Positions 26,913 to 39,879 of a stretch of DNA of 64,000 nt are shown one piece after another (the first letter of the stretch is position 1; each line of letters opens with the position of its first letter). The DNA is from Octopus sinensis. Its lineage: Eukaryota. The stretch lies in assembly GCF_006345805.1 (NCBI RefSeq), contig NC_043001.1, positions 64,108,001-64,172,000 of the forward strand, written 5' to 3'. A program made the position numbers and the translations under genes. The notes below the pieces were generated by a model. It was not told the origin of the DNA, did no database searches, and worked only from the letters and a program-made list of their open reading frames with translations.

Positions 26913-26939
<27 letters not shown>

Positions 26940-26943
<4 letters not shown>

Positions 26944-27172
26944 TCATCATCATCATCGTTTAACGTCCGTTCTCCATGCTAGCATGGGTTGGACGGTTCG
27001 ACCGGGGATCTGGGAAGCCAGAAGGCTGCACCAGGCTCCGGTCTTATCTGGCAATGTTACTACAGCTGGATGCCCTTCCTAACGCCAACCACTCCGTGAG
27101 TGTAGGGGGTGCTTTTTACGTGCCACCTGCACTGGTGCCAGGCGAGGCTGGCATCGGCCACGGTCGGATTAG
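26940..27172 (-). mobile_element. Second SINE-like family copy
   Basis: (TCA)n-TCGTTTAACGTCCG...; reverse complement of part of 24050-24366. Confidence 0.7.
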
Positions 27173-27189
27173 TGCATATATATATATAT

Positions 27190-29830
27190 ATAATAATGAG
27201 AGACCTAAAATTCATGTTAAACCTATACAAAGAAGGGCTCACCGATAAAGAATATGACTATATGACCAATTTCAAAAGTAAAACCAGTCAATTCTACGGT
27301 ATTCCCAAGATACACAAAAGTGAGAAAATAAGTAACGCATGCAAGATAGCCACAGACATAATAATCAAAGTCCCTACTCCTAATGACCTCAAATTGAGAC
27401 CTATAATAGCAGGTCCCGCATGCGAAACCTACCGCCTCAGTAACTTTTTAGATACCCTCTTAAAACCATTCCTCAAGCATGTCAAAAGCTATATAAGGGA
27501 CGACCTGGATATGCTCAATCACCTTCCTAAAATAATAAACAAAAACACCCTACTAGTATCCTTCCATGTAGTCAACCTCTATTCCAATATCCCCCACAAC
27601 CTAGGAAAAGAGGCAATTCAATTCTGGCTAGAGAATTACGCCAACGAACTCCTACATCGCATCAAAAAAGTATTCGTGATAGAAGGGCTAAAATTCATCC
27701 TGGAAAATAACTACTTTGTCTTCAAAGACAACTTCTACCGACAAAAATCGGCGACTGCGATGGGTACGAGAATGGCCCCCTCCTTTGCTAAGCTAGTCAT
27801 GGGATATCTAGAAATTAGTCTTTATCGTAAGGTTCTGGAAAAATACGGCAGCCCATTCTCCCTCTACATAGAAAATAACTGGAAGAGATACCTGGATGAC
27901 TGTTTAATTCTTTGGCATGAAAATATAGAAAAACTTAAAGAATTCTAAGCACTTCTAAATGGACTTGATGTAAACATTGAATTTATGATGGAATATAACC
28001 ATTAACAACTTCCCTTCCTCGACATCCTCATTAAGAAATCTAACAACGTAATAGAAACAGATATATACTATAAGCTTACGAACTCTAAGGAATATCTACT
28101 GTTCAACTCATGCCACCCCAGACACACCAGAATGGATATCCCCTTCAACCTAGCAAAAAGGATACGTACTATAGTTTCTAATGCAAACACCAGAGACACA
28201 CGACTACATGAACTAAAGGATACACACATCACCAGGAACTACCCACCTTCACTAATTGACATACGCTTTCAACTCAACATCCAGGAACTCAGACATCCCA
28301 AATTAAAGAAAGATTTACAACCAAATGCCCTACCATACATCTCTACACACAACCCTCTCAACAATGAAGCCTTCGACACCATCCTCCAAAATATATCCCT
28401 GCTAAAAAAGGACCATAGAATGAACTTAATCCTCCAAATACACACCATCATAAAAAGCTAGAGACAGCCCAAATCTATGAAAAGTCTCCTAACACAAGCT
28501 CGAATACGCACAACATCACAGAAGCCGTCAGTAAAAAAAATGCGCATGACCCGACTGTGGGATATGCGTCAATTTAATTGCGGGATCAGAGTCCTCCTTC
28601 AAACAGGGACAACGTTTCACAGTGAAAAGCAACTTCACATGTGCTTCGGAGAACCTGATATACGCACTAACCTGCTCTGGGTGTCAAGAACAATACATAG
28701 GCCAAACAAAAAAAGGAACAGTCTACATAAAAGAATGGCTCTGCACAGATAGATCATAATTCCCCAAAACAAAAAAATAGCATTCAGCTAACACAGACAT
28801 TTGCACCAATAATAAAAATCCAAGCTTCAGAATTTTTCCCCTCTACAAATTCAGGGACAATACAACATGTAGCCAACGAATCAGTAAAGAGACTCTCTTT
28901 ATTACAAAATACAGACCCCTTTTGAACGCGTCTACAACAAACGACATATCCACCATGGCCTCAGAATAACACACATACACATGCAAATATTAAAAATGAT
29001 ACACTCAAGAGATTCCCAAGAATTCATTAAAAAACAGTTCCAATCACTGTTATAATCCATAACGAGCCAACTTGAAGTCATTTGACTATTTAACACCTTA
29101 CTACTTTCATACTACCCACATTCCTTCTTATTCTCCCTTCTCTTTCTTCTTCTTTGTCTTCTTCCTCCTCTTTCCTAACTTTACCACTATTGCTGTTTAG
29201 AATAACACCTAAGCTAATTTTATAAACAAAATATTCAAAAGAGATGTTTCAGGAATTCAACAATTACTACTACCATCCACAGCGGTTAGTTGACCATTTA
29301 ACTTATTACTGTCATGGCACTCCTACATTATCCTCCTCCTCCTCATCCTCCTTCTTTTTCTTCTTCTTCTTCTTCTTCTTCTTCTTCTTCTTCTTCTTCT
29401 TCTTTTCTTCTTCTTCTTCTTCTTCTTTTCTTCTTATTCTTCTTCTTCTCTTCTTCTTCTTCTTCTTCTTCTCTTCTTCTTCTTCTCTTCTTCTTCTTTC
29501 TTCTTCTTCTTCCTTCTTCTTCTTCTTCTTCTTCTTCTTCTTCTTCTTCTTCTTCTTCTTCTTCTTCCTTCTTCTTCTTCTTCTTCCCTACAAAGAATTC
29601 ACAAGACCTCCAACCCACAAGGGTAAACAAGAGAGACAAAGACAGTCAGAAACAAGGAAAATACCATTTGTATTTGAACACTATGCAAATATTCTTTTAC
29701 AAAGACTTTTCTTTTAATTTTTCCAAAATTTAATTGTTTTCCATACTTACAGTTGAAAAAGTCTCAATGATGGAAACCGGTACTGAAATGTTTTTTATAA
29801 AATTATTTTAGCATTTTCTATCTTGACTTT
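27190..29830 (+). mobile_element. Penelope-like element (5'-truncated RT, Cys-rich linker, C-terminal GIY-YIG, pLTR with degenerate U3-A8 HHR at 29750-29785)
   Basis: FYGIPKIHK...LRPIIAGP, AMGTRMAPSFA and KRYLDD in the RT; CA*PDCGIC linker; NLIYALTCSGCQEQYIGQT in the endonuclease; several stops and frameshifts. Neptune-like by its linker, but the clade needs a phylogeny. Confidence 0.9.
29330..29587. repeat. Compound (TCC)n/(TTC)n pyrimidine tract
   Basis: About 255 bp, almost pure C/T on the + strand. Confidence 0.95.
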
Positions 29831-29872
29831 TTTTTCCATATATAGCAACTCGTGTATTCCCTTTCAACCTTC

Positions 29873-29950
<78 letters not shown>

Positions 29951-30150
29951 TAGACAAATGAATTATCTTATTACGGATAATTCGAAAGATAACCGATACC
30001 TGGGTAGCAAACTCACAACAGAAAAAGCATGGTTGAAGTTACGACCATAGGGCATAAACTCCGTGCCTTAGTGCGGAAATTTGAAGTTTAATATATTAAG
30101 TTTAGGAAAGAATGGAGCTGAACGAAGATTTAACAAAATTCCTTTATTTT

Positions 30151-30236
30151 ATTTTCGACATATGTTTTGAAGTCTGCAAAGTCCCTAATTCCGAATGAAT
30201 AAGGAGTCCATTATGCAGCTTTCTCTTCAGGAAAAT
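30151..30236 (-). ncRNA. Hammerhead motif, long stem II, GAAA changed to AAAA
   Basis: ATTTTC-CTGAAGA...CTTC-AAAA-CATATG-TC-GAAAAT. Confidence 0.6.
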
Positions 30237-31104
30237 CCAGGAACTTAATTATCCAACAAAATGCACAACAAGTTTTTCGACGACTGCTCACGAGGAGCCC
30301 ATAGAGATAATGATAAATAATGTCTATTTATAGGGGGTGACGCCAGATTGGTTGAAAGTAGGAGAAGATGTCCGTTGAAATAGTTCAAGGGTTCAATCAA
30401 GGTAGGAGAAGGAAGGTATAGGAAAATTAAAGTGAGGGAATGTATTCTGTATGACTGGTGTTTATATTTGATTTATTTTATGAATGAGTGCTCGTATGTG
30501 TGAGTGTGTAAAATTGCCTTAATGTGTGTGTGTGTGTGCGTCTTTGAATGCGTGAGTGTGTGTGTGGAAGGCAGAGAGAAAGAGATAGAAAGAACTAACG
30601 GTCAGGAACTGAAAAGACTGTGTCTGTGTGTTCGAATGTGTCAACTTAATAGGGAGAGGGCAGATGGAGGCTACAATAGTAATGACAAGATACAAGGTTA
30701 CTGCTGGGATTGGTAGTAGTTCTTAGCAATTATGAGAAAGTCTTTTATTCTGAAGGGATAAGATATCACCTTTCAATTTTGTAGGGAATCCAGGGGTTAT
30801 CTATATTAGACTTCATTGGTATGAGTGAAAGGTATGCTTTTTCCAGTGTAGGCATCTGAAAGAACTTTCGACAATCGAGTTTATTAGTTGGCCTCGGGCA
30901 AACAGAATATGAAAGAGTTCGGAATTACAGAGGGCACAGATTTTTCTGCCCTTATCAAACGGTAAGGACACCGATAATATTGACCATTCCAGCTTAAAAG
31001 TTAAATTTGCGTTCTTCAAACGCCAGACTAATTTGCTTAGCCCCGTGGCGTGCTGTTTACTTTTATCACGAAACGTGCATTTTGTTGGATAATTAAGTTC
31101 CTGG

Positions 31105-31190
31105 ATTTTCCTGAAGAGAAAGCTGCATAATGGACTCCTTATTCATTCGGAATTAGGGACTTTGCAGACTTCGAAACATATGTCAAAAAT
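31105..31190 (+). ncRNA. Hammerhead motif, long stem II, intact core
   Basis: ATTTTC-CTGAAGA(31111-17)-GAAAGCTGCA...TGCAGACTTC-GAAA(31173-76)-CATATG-TC-AAAAAT. The first stem I pair is mismatched. Confidence 0.72.
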
Positions 31191-31378
31191 AAAATAAAGG
31201 AATTTTGTTAAATCTTCGTTCAGCTCCATTCTTTCCTATACTTCATATATATAGTGAAAATAATTAAAGGGCGGGCAGCAGGCTGCCTCGCCGCAAACCG
31301 AAGGAATTAGAAATGGCAGTCAAAGACTGTTTTTTCCATTTTCTATAAGTGGATTTTCCAAATACGACGAACCCTGCG

Positions 31379-31455
<77 letters not shown>

Positions 31456-31459
31456 ATTT

Positions 31460-33326
31460 CTATCATGGCTTGGCTTCGCGAACGATTAGGAAGGTTGTCC
31501 ACGTCGTCTGCAGGCACGCTCATGACTGACAAACAAGTCTGATGCAGAAAAGGCAGGTCCGTGAGTAGTGTCCACAGGTGAAGATAACATTCGGTGTGGT
31601 GTCAGAGGCAGCTCGGGTCTTCCTCCTGCGTCTCTTGTCTTTATGCGTGTCTCTTCTGTGTTCTTCCAACTCGTTGATCGCGTTGAAGATTGTGTGGCGC
31701 CAGGAATCATGGTCTGCAGCCCGGTCTGTCCAGCATTGATGGTCAACATGACATGCAGTGAGAGACTTTTTGAGGCAGTCTTTGTAGCATTTCCTCGGGG
31801 TTCCTCTCTCGCGGTGGCTGGTGGAGAGTTTGCCAAACAGGGCAATCTTAGGAAGGCGATGGTTCTCCATTCTGGAGACATGCCCTGCCCTTCGGAGGTG
31901 GTACTTCAGTAGCATGGCTTCAATGCTGAGGATCTCAGCCTGCTCCAAAACTTCAATGTTTGTGACGAAGTCACTCCAGTGAATGTTGAGGATGGTGCGG
32001 AGACATCGCTGGTGGAAGCGCTCGAGGAGACGGATGTGACTGCAGTAGGTGACCCAGGTCTCCAAGCCGTAGAGGAGAGTGGTGAGAACCACGGCCCTGT
32101 AGACGGTGATCATTGTCTTGTTCTTCAGGTTATTGTGCCAAACACGTTTGTACAATCTGCCAAAGGAGCAATTTGCCTTAGAGAGTCTATTGTCAATTTC
32201 CTCGTCGATCCTTGCACCGGATGAGATGATGCAGCCCAGGTATGTAAACTGCTGTGTTGATTTCAGTTCAGTACTGCAGATAGTGATGTGGGGTGGGCGG
32301 TATACCTCTTGGGCTGCAGGCTGGTGAAGTATTTCCGTCTTCTTGAGGCTGACCTCCAGGCCAAAGAGCCGCGAGGCATCTGCAAAGCAGGACGTGATGC
32401 GCTGCAGAACTCGCTCTGTGTAGGTGACGAGAGCAGCGTCATCCACAAAGAGAAGATCTCGGATCAGCCTCTCCTGGGTCTTGATGTGGGCTTGGAAGCG
32501 CCGTAGATTGAAGAGGCTACCATCCAGGCAGTACCTGACATACACCCCATCCCCATCCTCCAGATCTTCAGTTGCATGCTTGAGCATCATGCTGAAGAAG
32601 ATGCTGAAGATGCTGAAATAGGGCTGCATGGTCGCTCAGGATGCTGCCGAGTGGTGTCGTCGCCTCTGGGTGGTCAACCAGGCGACCAAAGTCCTGAGCC
32701 GCCTACATGTAGGATCGAGACTACGGCTTCCAGTGACATCTTCCACCTGCCACTTTCGCCCCTTTCCCATTGCTGCAGGGCTTTTGGGATGGTTGGTCAT
32801 AGACGTGGACGTGTCCTTTGGCCTGCGCTGGGGAGTTTTAGAGTGAAGTGCAGTGCGCGCAAACTGGCTCCACTCTTTAAGCACGAGGTTCATCTGACAT
32901 GGCTTAACAAGCTGGGATGGTGACAGCGAGATCCTCGAGCCGTAGGTCGGAGTTACCCTCTCTTAGGTGGGTTGCCAACGACAGCTGACGAGCCCCTCCT
33001 GCCCGTGCCATCCAAACCATGGCGAAAGAGGGAAAAGGATCCATGATTTTCAGTAAGCGTATACTACCCGGTTGCCTAGGCCGAAGTAGTGGGTTAGCTT
33101 AGGAGACCCCGCCCGGAGCCTTTGACTAAAAATCTGTCCACAAGGCTGTGGAGCGAGATCAGGGAGTCGCACCCATTGGGAGACGATGACCGGTAGACTA
33201 GTTAACCAAACTGGGATCACAATGATCCTGAAATTCCATTTGAGCCATTGACCAAATGGTTCTTCCGCCTCTTCTGCAATACAATGCCTCGGGTGAGACA
33301 AGGGACAGTGACAATACAATATGTAC

Positions 33327-33382
<56 letters not shown>

Positions 33383-33593
33383 CTCCCCCACACACGTTGT
33401 TGAATGGCCGTTGACTACGCTGTAGTTCCTCTGCCCTTTGGTGGGTTTTACTTTTTGTCGCGCAGGCTGCCCAACAATCACCCACCTCACCAAGCAAGCC
33501 TGGAGGGGTTGCCAGTTTAGTCGCTGATGACCCGACCATGTAACAGGTTGTACTGGACTGAATGGTACTTGTAGCACTCGAGAGCGACGTTAC

Positions 33594-33595
<2 letters not shown>
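31460..33595 (-). mobile_element. RTE-clade LINE, internally deleted (5' UTR and ORF start fused to the RT C-terminal half)
   Basis: ORF 31520-32629 (DLLFVDDAAL, YLGCIIS, LERFHQRCLRTIL, C-terminal CGHYSR) is homologous to 59016-60524. The 5' UTR shares a motif with 56619-56700. Confidence 0.88.
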
Positions 33596-33686
<91 letters not shown>

Positions 33687-33853
33687 TACATATATATATA
33701 TATACATATTGTAGGGGGTAGGCAGGTCTAAGGGTTACCCTGGATTTCTCGCTCATAAGTGGTTTAGCCTTACCACGTATCCCAAACATGCTGGCCTGAG
33801 GCCTCTCCTCCGGATTTATGTATTTCTACACACTATATATATATAATATATAT

Positions 33854-33885
<32 letters not shown>

Positions 33886-33922
33886 CACATACATATATAT
33901 ATTATATATATATATATAATAT

Positions 33923-33969
<47 letters not shown>

Positions 33970-33972
<3 letters not shown>

Positions 33973-34485
33973 GAAATATTAAAATACTAAGTCTCTCTAA
34001 AAGAGAACAACGGCAGCGTTCCCGGAAAATAATAGTTATCGCCATACTAATATGGCATTCTTATAAAAATAAGAATAAAGCTGTCCGCTTATTAGCTCCA
34101 TGAGGCCATCGCCTTAAGTTAGCTATTTGATACACAAACTGTATCCATATAACCTTCGAACAAGGGAGGTCAGTCGCTCCACACTAGTTGACCGGCAGCT
34201 ACAGACGCGTTCCGGGGTATTATATGGATACAGTTTGTGTATCAAATAGCTAACTTAAGGCGATGGCCTCATGGAGCTAATAAGCGGACAGCTTTATTCT
34301 TATTTTTATAAGAATGCCATATTAGTATGGCGATAACTATTATTTTCCGGGAACGCTGCCGTTGTTCTCTTTTAGAGAGACTTAGTAATTTTAATATTTC
34401 TATTATTGAAAACAAGTGGATGTATTCCACCGAAGCTAGGTAAATAAAACCTTCGAACAGAGATTGTCAGAAGCGACACCTACTG
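33970..34485. mobile_element. PLE pLTR inverted/tandem structure (continues at 39853-40085 after the Tx1 insertion)
   Basis: 33970-34152 is the reverse complement of 34221-34402; ~34065-34220 is the reverse complement of ~39900-40085, including a half HHR. Confidence 0.8.
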
Positions 34486-34770
34486 ATTTTTCCTTGGATT
34501 ACGTCGGATTATTTTACGCTGTAAGCTGTTATGTTAGTTCGTTCTGTTCTGGATTTAAACGTACAATTTTTGGAGTATTAACTTGTGGAACAAAGTAATT
34601 TTCGCCCTTCGGGGTAGAAAATTTCTTTTTATATATGAACTTTAATTCAGTGTGGATTTAATTTTTATCTTGTCTCTTGTGACAAGTCACTTGCATTTTA
34701 ATATGGATCTTGACTTAACGTCAAATTCTGATTTTCCCGAGATGGGAGAAGTTATAAAAAATGGAAATCA

Positions 34771-35801
34771 ATGGATACAAAGGAGAAACAAAGTTTTTCG
34801 GAAGCCGTTGGAGGCAATGTTATAGAACTGGAAGTAACAATGGAGGATCTCTTCAAGTTCAGAAAGTTCATACAAAGGAATGGAGAAGAAACGAGAATAA
34901 TACCGCCCCCTGACACCTTACAAGCAATCCGTGAGAAGACGGTAATTTATAAGGTATATAATATTAAGGAAAAAAAGATTGCAGATGTAAGAAATGAATT
35001 GGTAGAACGGTGCATGGCACCAATTTGGAACAAGGTTCGCTATGTTGGCCGAGGAGTGAGAAGCGCTACTATTGAAGCGCATTTCGAGTCGGCTAGCATA
35101 GCGAAGGAAATTTCAACTCAAACGTTGAAGAGTGCAGACATCCTGTTGCTGCCCACGTACTTAGGGCGCAGAACAGCTAAGATAACAATAGAGGATATAC
35201 AACAGGTTACGATGTAATGTGGGCAGCAACAGCGGTCGTATTCGACGTAGAAGAGAAATTAAACATTTTAAACATGAGGATGAAAGAGGCAAAATTTTGG
35301 AAAGGTCAGCAGCTTGAAATGATCGTTCAAGCTGACAATGCAACACTGGAGAGTTTGCCAGACAGGGTCTTCGGGGGGATGGACACACTGCGCGGGTATC
35401 GTGGTGGAGGACGTAGGCCCAGATGTTTCAAATGTGGCAGAAGGGTCACGTCCGCTCAGAGTGCAAAAAGAAAAAAACCCGTTAATTCCCCCATTCAAAC
35501 TGCTGTGGAGAACAAAGCAGACATCACAGCAACAACAAAAGAGAATACCCGGAAAAAGCAAAATGAAAGTCAAAAGGAGGAAAAGAAAATGAATGGAAAA
35601 CAAAACGAAAACGAAAACGAGGGTGAAAATAATTTATCAAATGGAAAAGAACTGGAAGTAATGGAATATACGACTGTAACCAACAAAAGGAAGAAATCCA
35701 ATACCCCGGACTCCCCACCCCAAACAAAAAGAAAAAAACAAACGCAGAAGAACAACACAAAAAAATTATCCAATCCCACCCCGCTGGCACTACTTTTGTA
35801 G
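34771..35801 (+). pseudogene. Tx1-like ORF1 (gag-like, CCHC), interrupted
   Basis: ORF pieces 34771-35217 and 35217-35801. Confidence 0.75.
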
Positions 35802-36217
35802 GCCAGCATTTCATTAAACCCCAGCCCCCAACTTTAAAAGGATTCAAAAAAACCGATAGGTGCATTGCTTATAACACAACAAACGAGAGAGTAGTTTGGT
35901 ACATAAAGGCGAAACCAAACATAAAATGTTTCAAATCATCGGAAAAAAACCCGGATTGGAGGTATGCGAAGGTTGGAGAGGAGGTATGGAAGGAGAGACT
36001 ATTCCAACTACACGTGAGGGACAACCTGATTAAAGATGTCACACAAGAGGTGATAGCTGGAAAATTGAATATTAGCCCGGCAGCCACTCCATCCCAGAGC
36101 CCGGTGGCAACGCCGGTTAAATGCCCAGCAACAACGGAGAGTGTGGGGGAGGCAGGCAGACAAAAGCTGCCATGCTCCCTCTCACAACCGTAAGTAACAA
36201 ACTTTCTTCATTCATCG

Positions 36218-39200
36218 ATGATTAAGTTGGGCTGTATAAATGTGCGTGGAATGGGGTCGAAATGGAAACAGGCTTGCTTGCTGGACGACCTCAGGACACA
36301 CAGAATAGATGTAGCCATTGTCACCGAGTCCAAGATGAGAGGAACCCAAGCGTTCTCGCATCTTCTCAATGGTTACGAGAAATTTATTTCTCCTAGCCGA
36401 GGAGGAAGTGCAGGCGTGGCAGTCCTTATCAGGAAGAACTTGGACTTACAGGTAAGTACTGTCTTTATGGACCAGAAGGTAGGCTGGTTGTCCTCGATGT
36501 AACTCACGTGAGTAAGCAGTCCTTCAGGTTGGTAGCTGTTTATGCTCCTAATGAGGGTAGGCAGACTGGTTTTTATCGGAACTTGGAGCACTTTCTAGTG
36601 ACGTCTAAAACGGTAGTATGGGTAGGGGATTTCAACACTATCATCGATGCGCGGATAGATAGTGTGGGCTCGTCTGATAGAAGGGGGAATCCTTGCCTCA
36701 AGGGTCTACTGACGAGCCTTAATCTAGTAGATCGTTTCGAATGGATGAGCCAAGCATTCCACAGTGGACGTGGAGTAACAATGACGGCTCACGCAGATCG
36801 TATATAGATAGGGTATTTGTTAAAGAACGAGATAGGAATAGCATTAGCTGTCCACAATTTTGTATTGTGCCTTACACGGATCACAAATTAGTGACGTGTG
36901 AGGTACATGTAGATAAATGCCATAGACAGGGACCCGGATACTGGAAAATGAACAAGTCTATTTTGGCTTGTGAAGCTTTCCGTAACCGGATTATGGAATT
37001 AGTCCAGAGGGCATTATGTGGAACCATCATTAATAATAGATGGTGGATCGCCCTCAAAAGAGCCATCCGTTTGGAGTCCATTAGATTTAGCAACCAGCTA
37101 AGTTTAGATAGGACTAGAATAGAGGGCGATTTAGTTAAGAACTTAGACGAGGCAATGGGATCTGGCTGTGCATCTAGAGTGTTAGCAGAGAGAACGATCT
37201 TGTACCGTTACCTCAATGCCAAGCATGAAGGATGTAGAGTCAGAGCTAAGCTACGCGCAGTGAAACGAGAAGGTATTAATGTTGCCGGGGGGGGCAGTCG
37301 GTGTGGAGAGTCAGAAGGGCAAAAAGTCCTCTATTAAGTCTTTAACTGACGAACAGGGACGCAAAATCTATGGACAGGAGGAGATACAGAAGGTCTTTCA
37401 ACAGCGTTTCGCTCGGTTGTTTGGGGAGGGCGATCCACTCGAGCGAGGGGAGGACTTACACAGACTTCCTAGCTGGTGGGCCTCGGCTCTCGCCACGCAG
37501 AGCGGAACGCTGTGAAGGACCGATTACTCCCGCGGAGGTAAGAGGGGTTTTGGCTGAATGCGCCCGGGAAAAGTCGCGGGACTGGATGGTCTGCCCTATG
37601 AGTTTTATTGTTGTATGCCGGACTTGTTCGGGGACATACTGGCAAGCGTCTACGCAAACTGGCAACAGAATGGGAGGATTCCCAGTTCTGTGAGCCGGGG
37701 AGTTGTGACGCTGATCCAGAAAGACCCGAGCAAGGGGGATAATATTAGTAATTATAGGCCCATAACTCTACTTAATGTAGAGTTAAAGATTTTGGCCAAG
37801 GTGTTAGCAGAAAGGTTGAAGGTCGTCATGGAAGAACTTGTCGGAAAGGCACAGACATGTGCAATCCCAGGCAGGTCGATCGAAGGTAATCTTCACCTTC
37901 TACGCTACACTATAGACAGGGTTGGGCAATTAGCCGGCAAAGGAGGGGCATTGGTCCATTTAGACCAAAGTAAAGCATTTGATAGGGTAGATCATCAGTA
38001 CCTGGCGACGGTTCTCGAAGCGGCTGGGCTAGGCCCTGACTTTCGCGGGTGGATATCAGCTATGTACAGCGGTATCAAGTCCACAGTCCAGATAAACGGT
38101 TACTTAACGGAACCGTTTTCGATTAAGCGTTCAGTTCGTCAAGGATGTCCCTTGTCCCCTCTCCTGTACGTTTTGGCTCTTGAGCCATTGCTGCGGGAGT
38201 TGGAGACGGTGAGATGCAATCCTAATGAAATCGGATGCGGTAAGTCTGTTTCTGCGTATGCGGATGACGTCACCTTCATCGTGTCCAACGAAGCACAACT
38301 AACTCATGTAGAAGGTGCTCTCCGAAGATACGAAGCGGTGGCTGGGGCAAAAATTAACAAGGACAAGTCCACTGGTTTGCGCCTCGGCACCTGGAGGAAC
38401 AAGCCGATATCGTCCAGTGTTGTTGGACACTGGACAGATGGTCCTGTTAAATTGCTTGGAGTTTGGTTTGGTTCAGACTCCCAGACGGAGAAAAATTGGA
38501 GCGAGGTAGTGACCAAGGTAGAAGCCATAGTTCGGGAGTGGTCCGGAAGGCATCTTTCCTTGAAAGGGAGGGCGGAGGTGGTACAGGTGTTTATAGCATC
38601 TGTAATCACCTATCGCCTGACTGTCGTGCCTTGCCCCGATTTGTGGCTAAGCAAGTTGGATCGACTCCTTTTCCGCTTTTTGTGGAAGGGAGGAAAGCCA
38701 CTTGTAAGGCGCTCCGTGTGTTGCCAGGAACCACTAAAGGGTGGGCTGGGGATGCCTTGGTTAATGATGCGCAGGCATGCGCTGAGACTGAGACATCTCT
38801 GGTTTCACCTGGAAGGTGATAAGGTGTGGAGTCCGCTGACAGATAATTTCTTCCCTCAACCGGACTCTATGGAGAGATTTAAACCCGGTTTCATTAAAAG
38901 ACGGAATCTGACTTTATGGCAGAAAGAGTGCCGACAGGCACTCTGGCTGATCCACAAGATAGGCAAAACCGGCTGCGGGAATACCACCTCGACATTTTAT
39001 AGAAGGATGGTAGAGGCAAAAAATGACGACATCCTAAGAGGGGCTCTGGGGTTCGATGAGGATCAACTATCCGACCTGTTTAAGAAGACTTTCAAGCCGG
39101 GGTATTTGGACAATTACCAAAAATCCCTGACTTGGCAGTGCTATAGGAATGCTCTACCTGTTCGCGATAAGTTATATAGGCATGGAATGTCAGTGCCACC

Positions 39201-39615
39201 GACATGTCCAAGATGTGGGTTGGACGATGAAACCGTCCAGCACGCTTTTGTACATTGTCAGGAGCTATCAGGCTTAATAAGTTACGTAGAACACGTGTTG
39301 TCGCATCTGGGACGAGTACAGCTATCGGCTGGTTCTATAATAAAGATGATACCGCCAGCTGGACTCTCAAAGGAAGGTGAGGCTTGTTTTCACTGTACGG
39401 TGGCAGTACTGAAAGAGTGTGTGTGGAGAACTAGATTGGAAGGTTTAGTGTCAGGATCCTTTGTCTCTGGATATGGTATGTTAAAATACTTCAGATACCA
39501 TCTAAAGAGCAAGATGGATTTAGAGAAGAGGAACCTGACACAGAAAGAGTATGTGAATCGATGGAAGGAAGTGATAAAAAAGGTGGGTGTGAGTAACCCT
39601 GCTTGGTCATCATGA
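36218..39615 (+). pseudogene. Tx1-like ORF2 (APE endonuclease-RT-zinc finger); 37558-39615 is open for 685 aa
   Basis: Motifs as above, split over about five ORF-track pieces. Confidence 0.92.
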
Positions 39616-39879
39616 AGGGAGAAAATAGTCTCTGGGCTCTTAGGCTGTCGGGTAAGAATCCTGACTGTGATATACCTAGCTGGCCAAAATCATTTTTAAT
39701 TTTTAAAAAAAAAGGAGAAAAGTAAAGTCTAGTACCATAATCAATAATCAACATATGTAAATATCAAACGAACAACGTAAACTTTTTGTAATTATGTTTT
39801 GTATTGTAATGTACTATCTCTGTAAGATTTTTATAATCATAATAAAGATTTTAGAAGCGACACCTACTGGTCTGGCTAC

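Larger units (their letters stand above)
30050..31260 (-). mobile_element. 5'-truncated PLE (GIY-YIG C-terminus 30813-31090) flanked by inverted pLTRs
   Basis: ORF LEWSILSVSLPFDKGRKICALCNSELF...CLHWKKH is homologous to 324-890. ~30100-30270 is the reverse complement of ~31075-31245. Confidence 0.88.
34486..39852 (+). mobile_element. Full-length L1-clade (Tx1-like) LINE with 17-bp TSD
   Basis: TSD AGAAGCGACACCTACTG at 34469-85 and 39853-69; 5' UTR; ORF1 with CCHC (RPRCFKCG); ORF2 with APE (GCINVRG, WVGDFN), RT (YRPITLLN, LDQSKAFDRV, QGCPLSP, YADD) and zf-RVT (CPRC...HAFVHC); AATAAA at the 3' end; a few frameshifts. Confidence 0.95.

Noticed and set aside
28547-28549. In-frame TGA in the Cys-rich PLE linker (CA*PDCGIC) as possible selenocysteine
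   Set aside because: It falls at a non-Cys position best explained by CGA to TGA deamination, the ORF has other stops, and I recognised no SECIS.
29244-29733. Poly-Ser/Phe/Glu ORFs
   Set aside because: They are artefacts of the (TTC)n tract.
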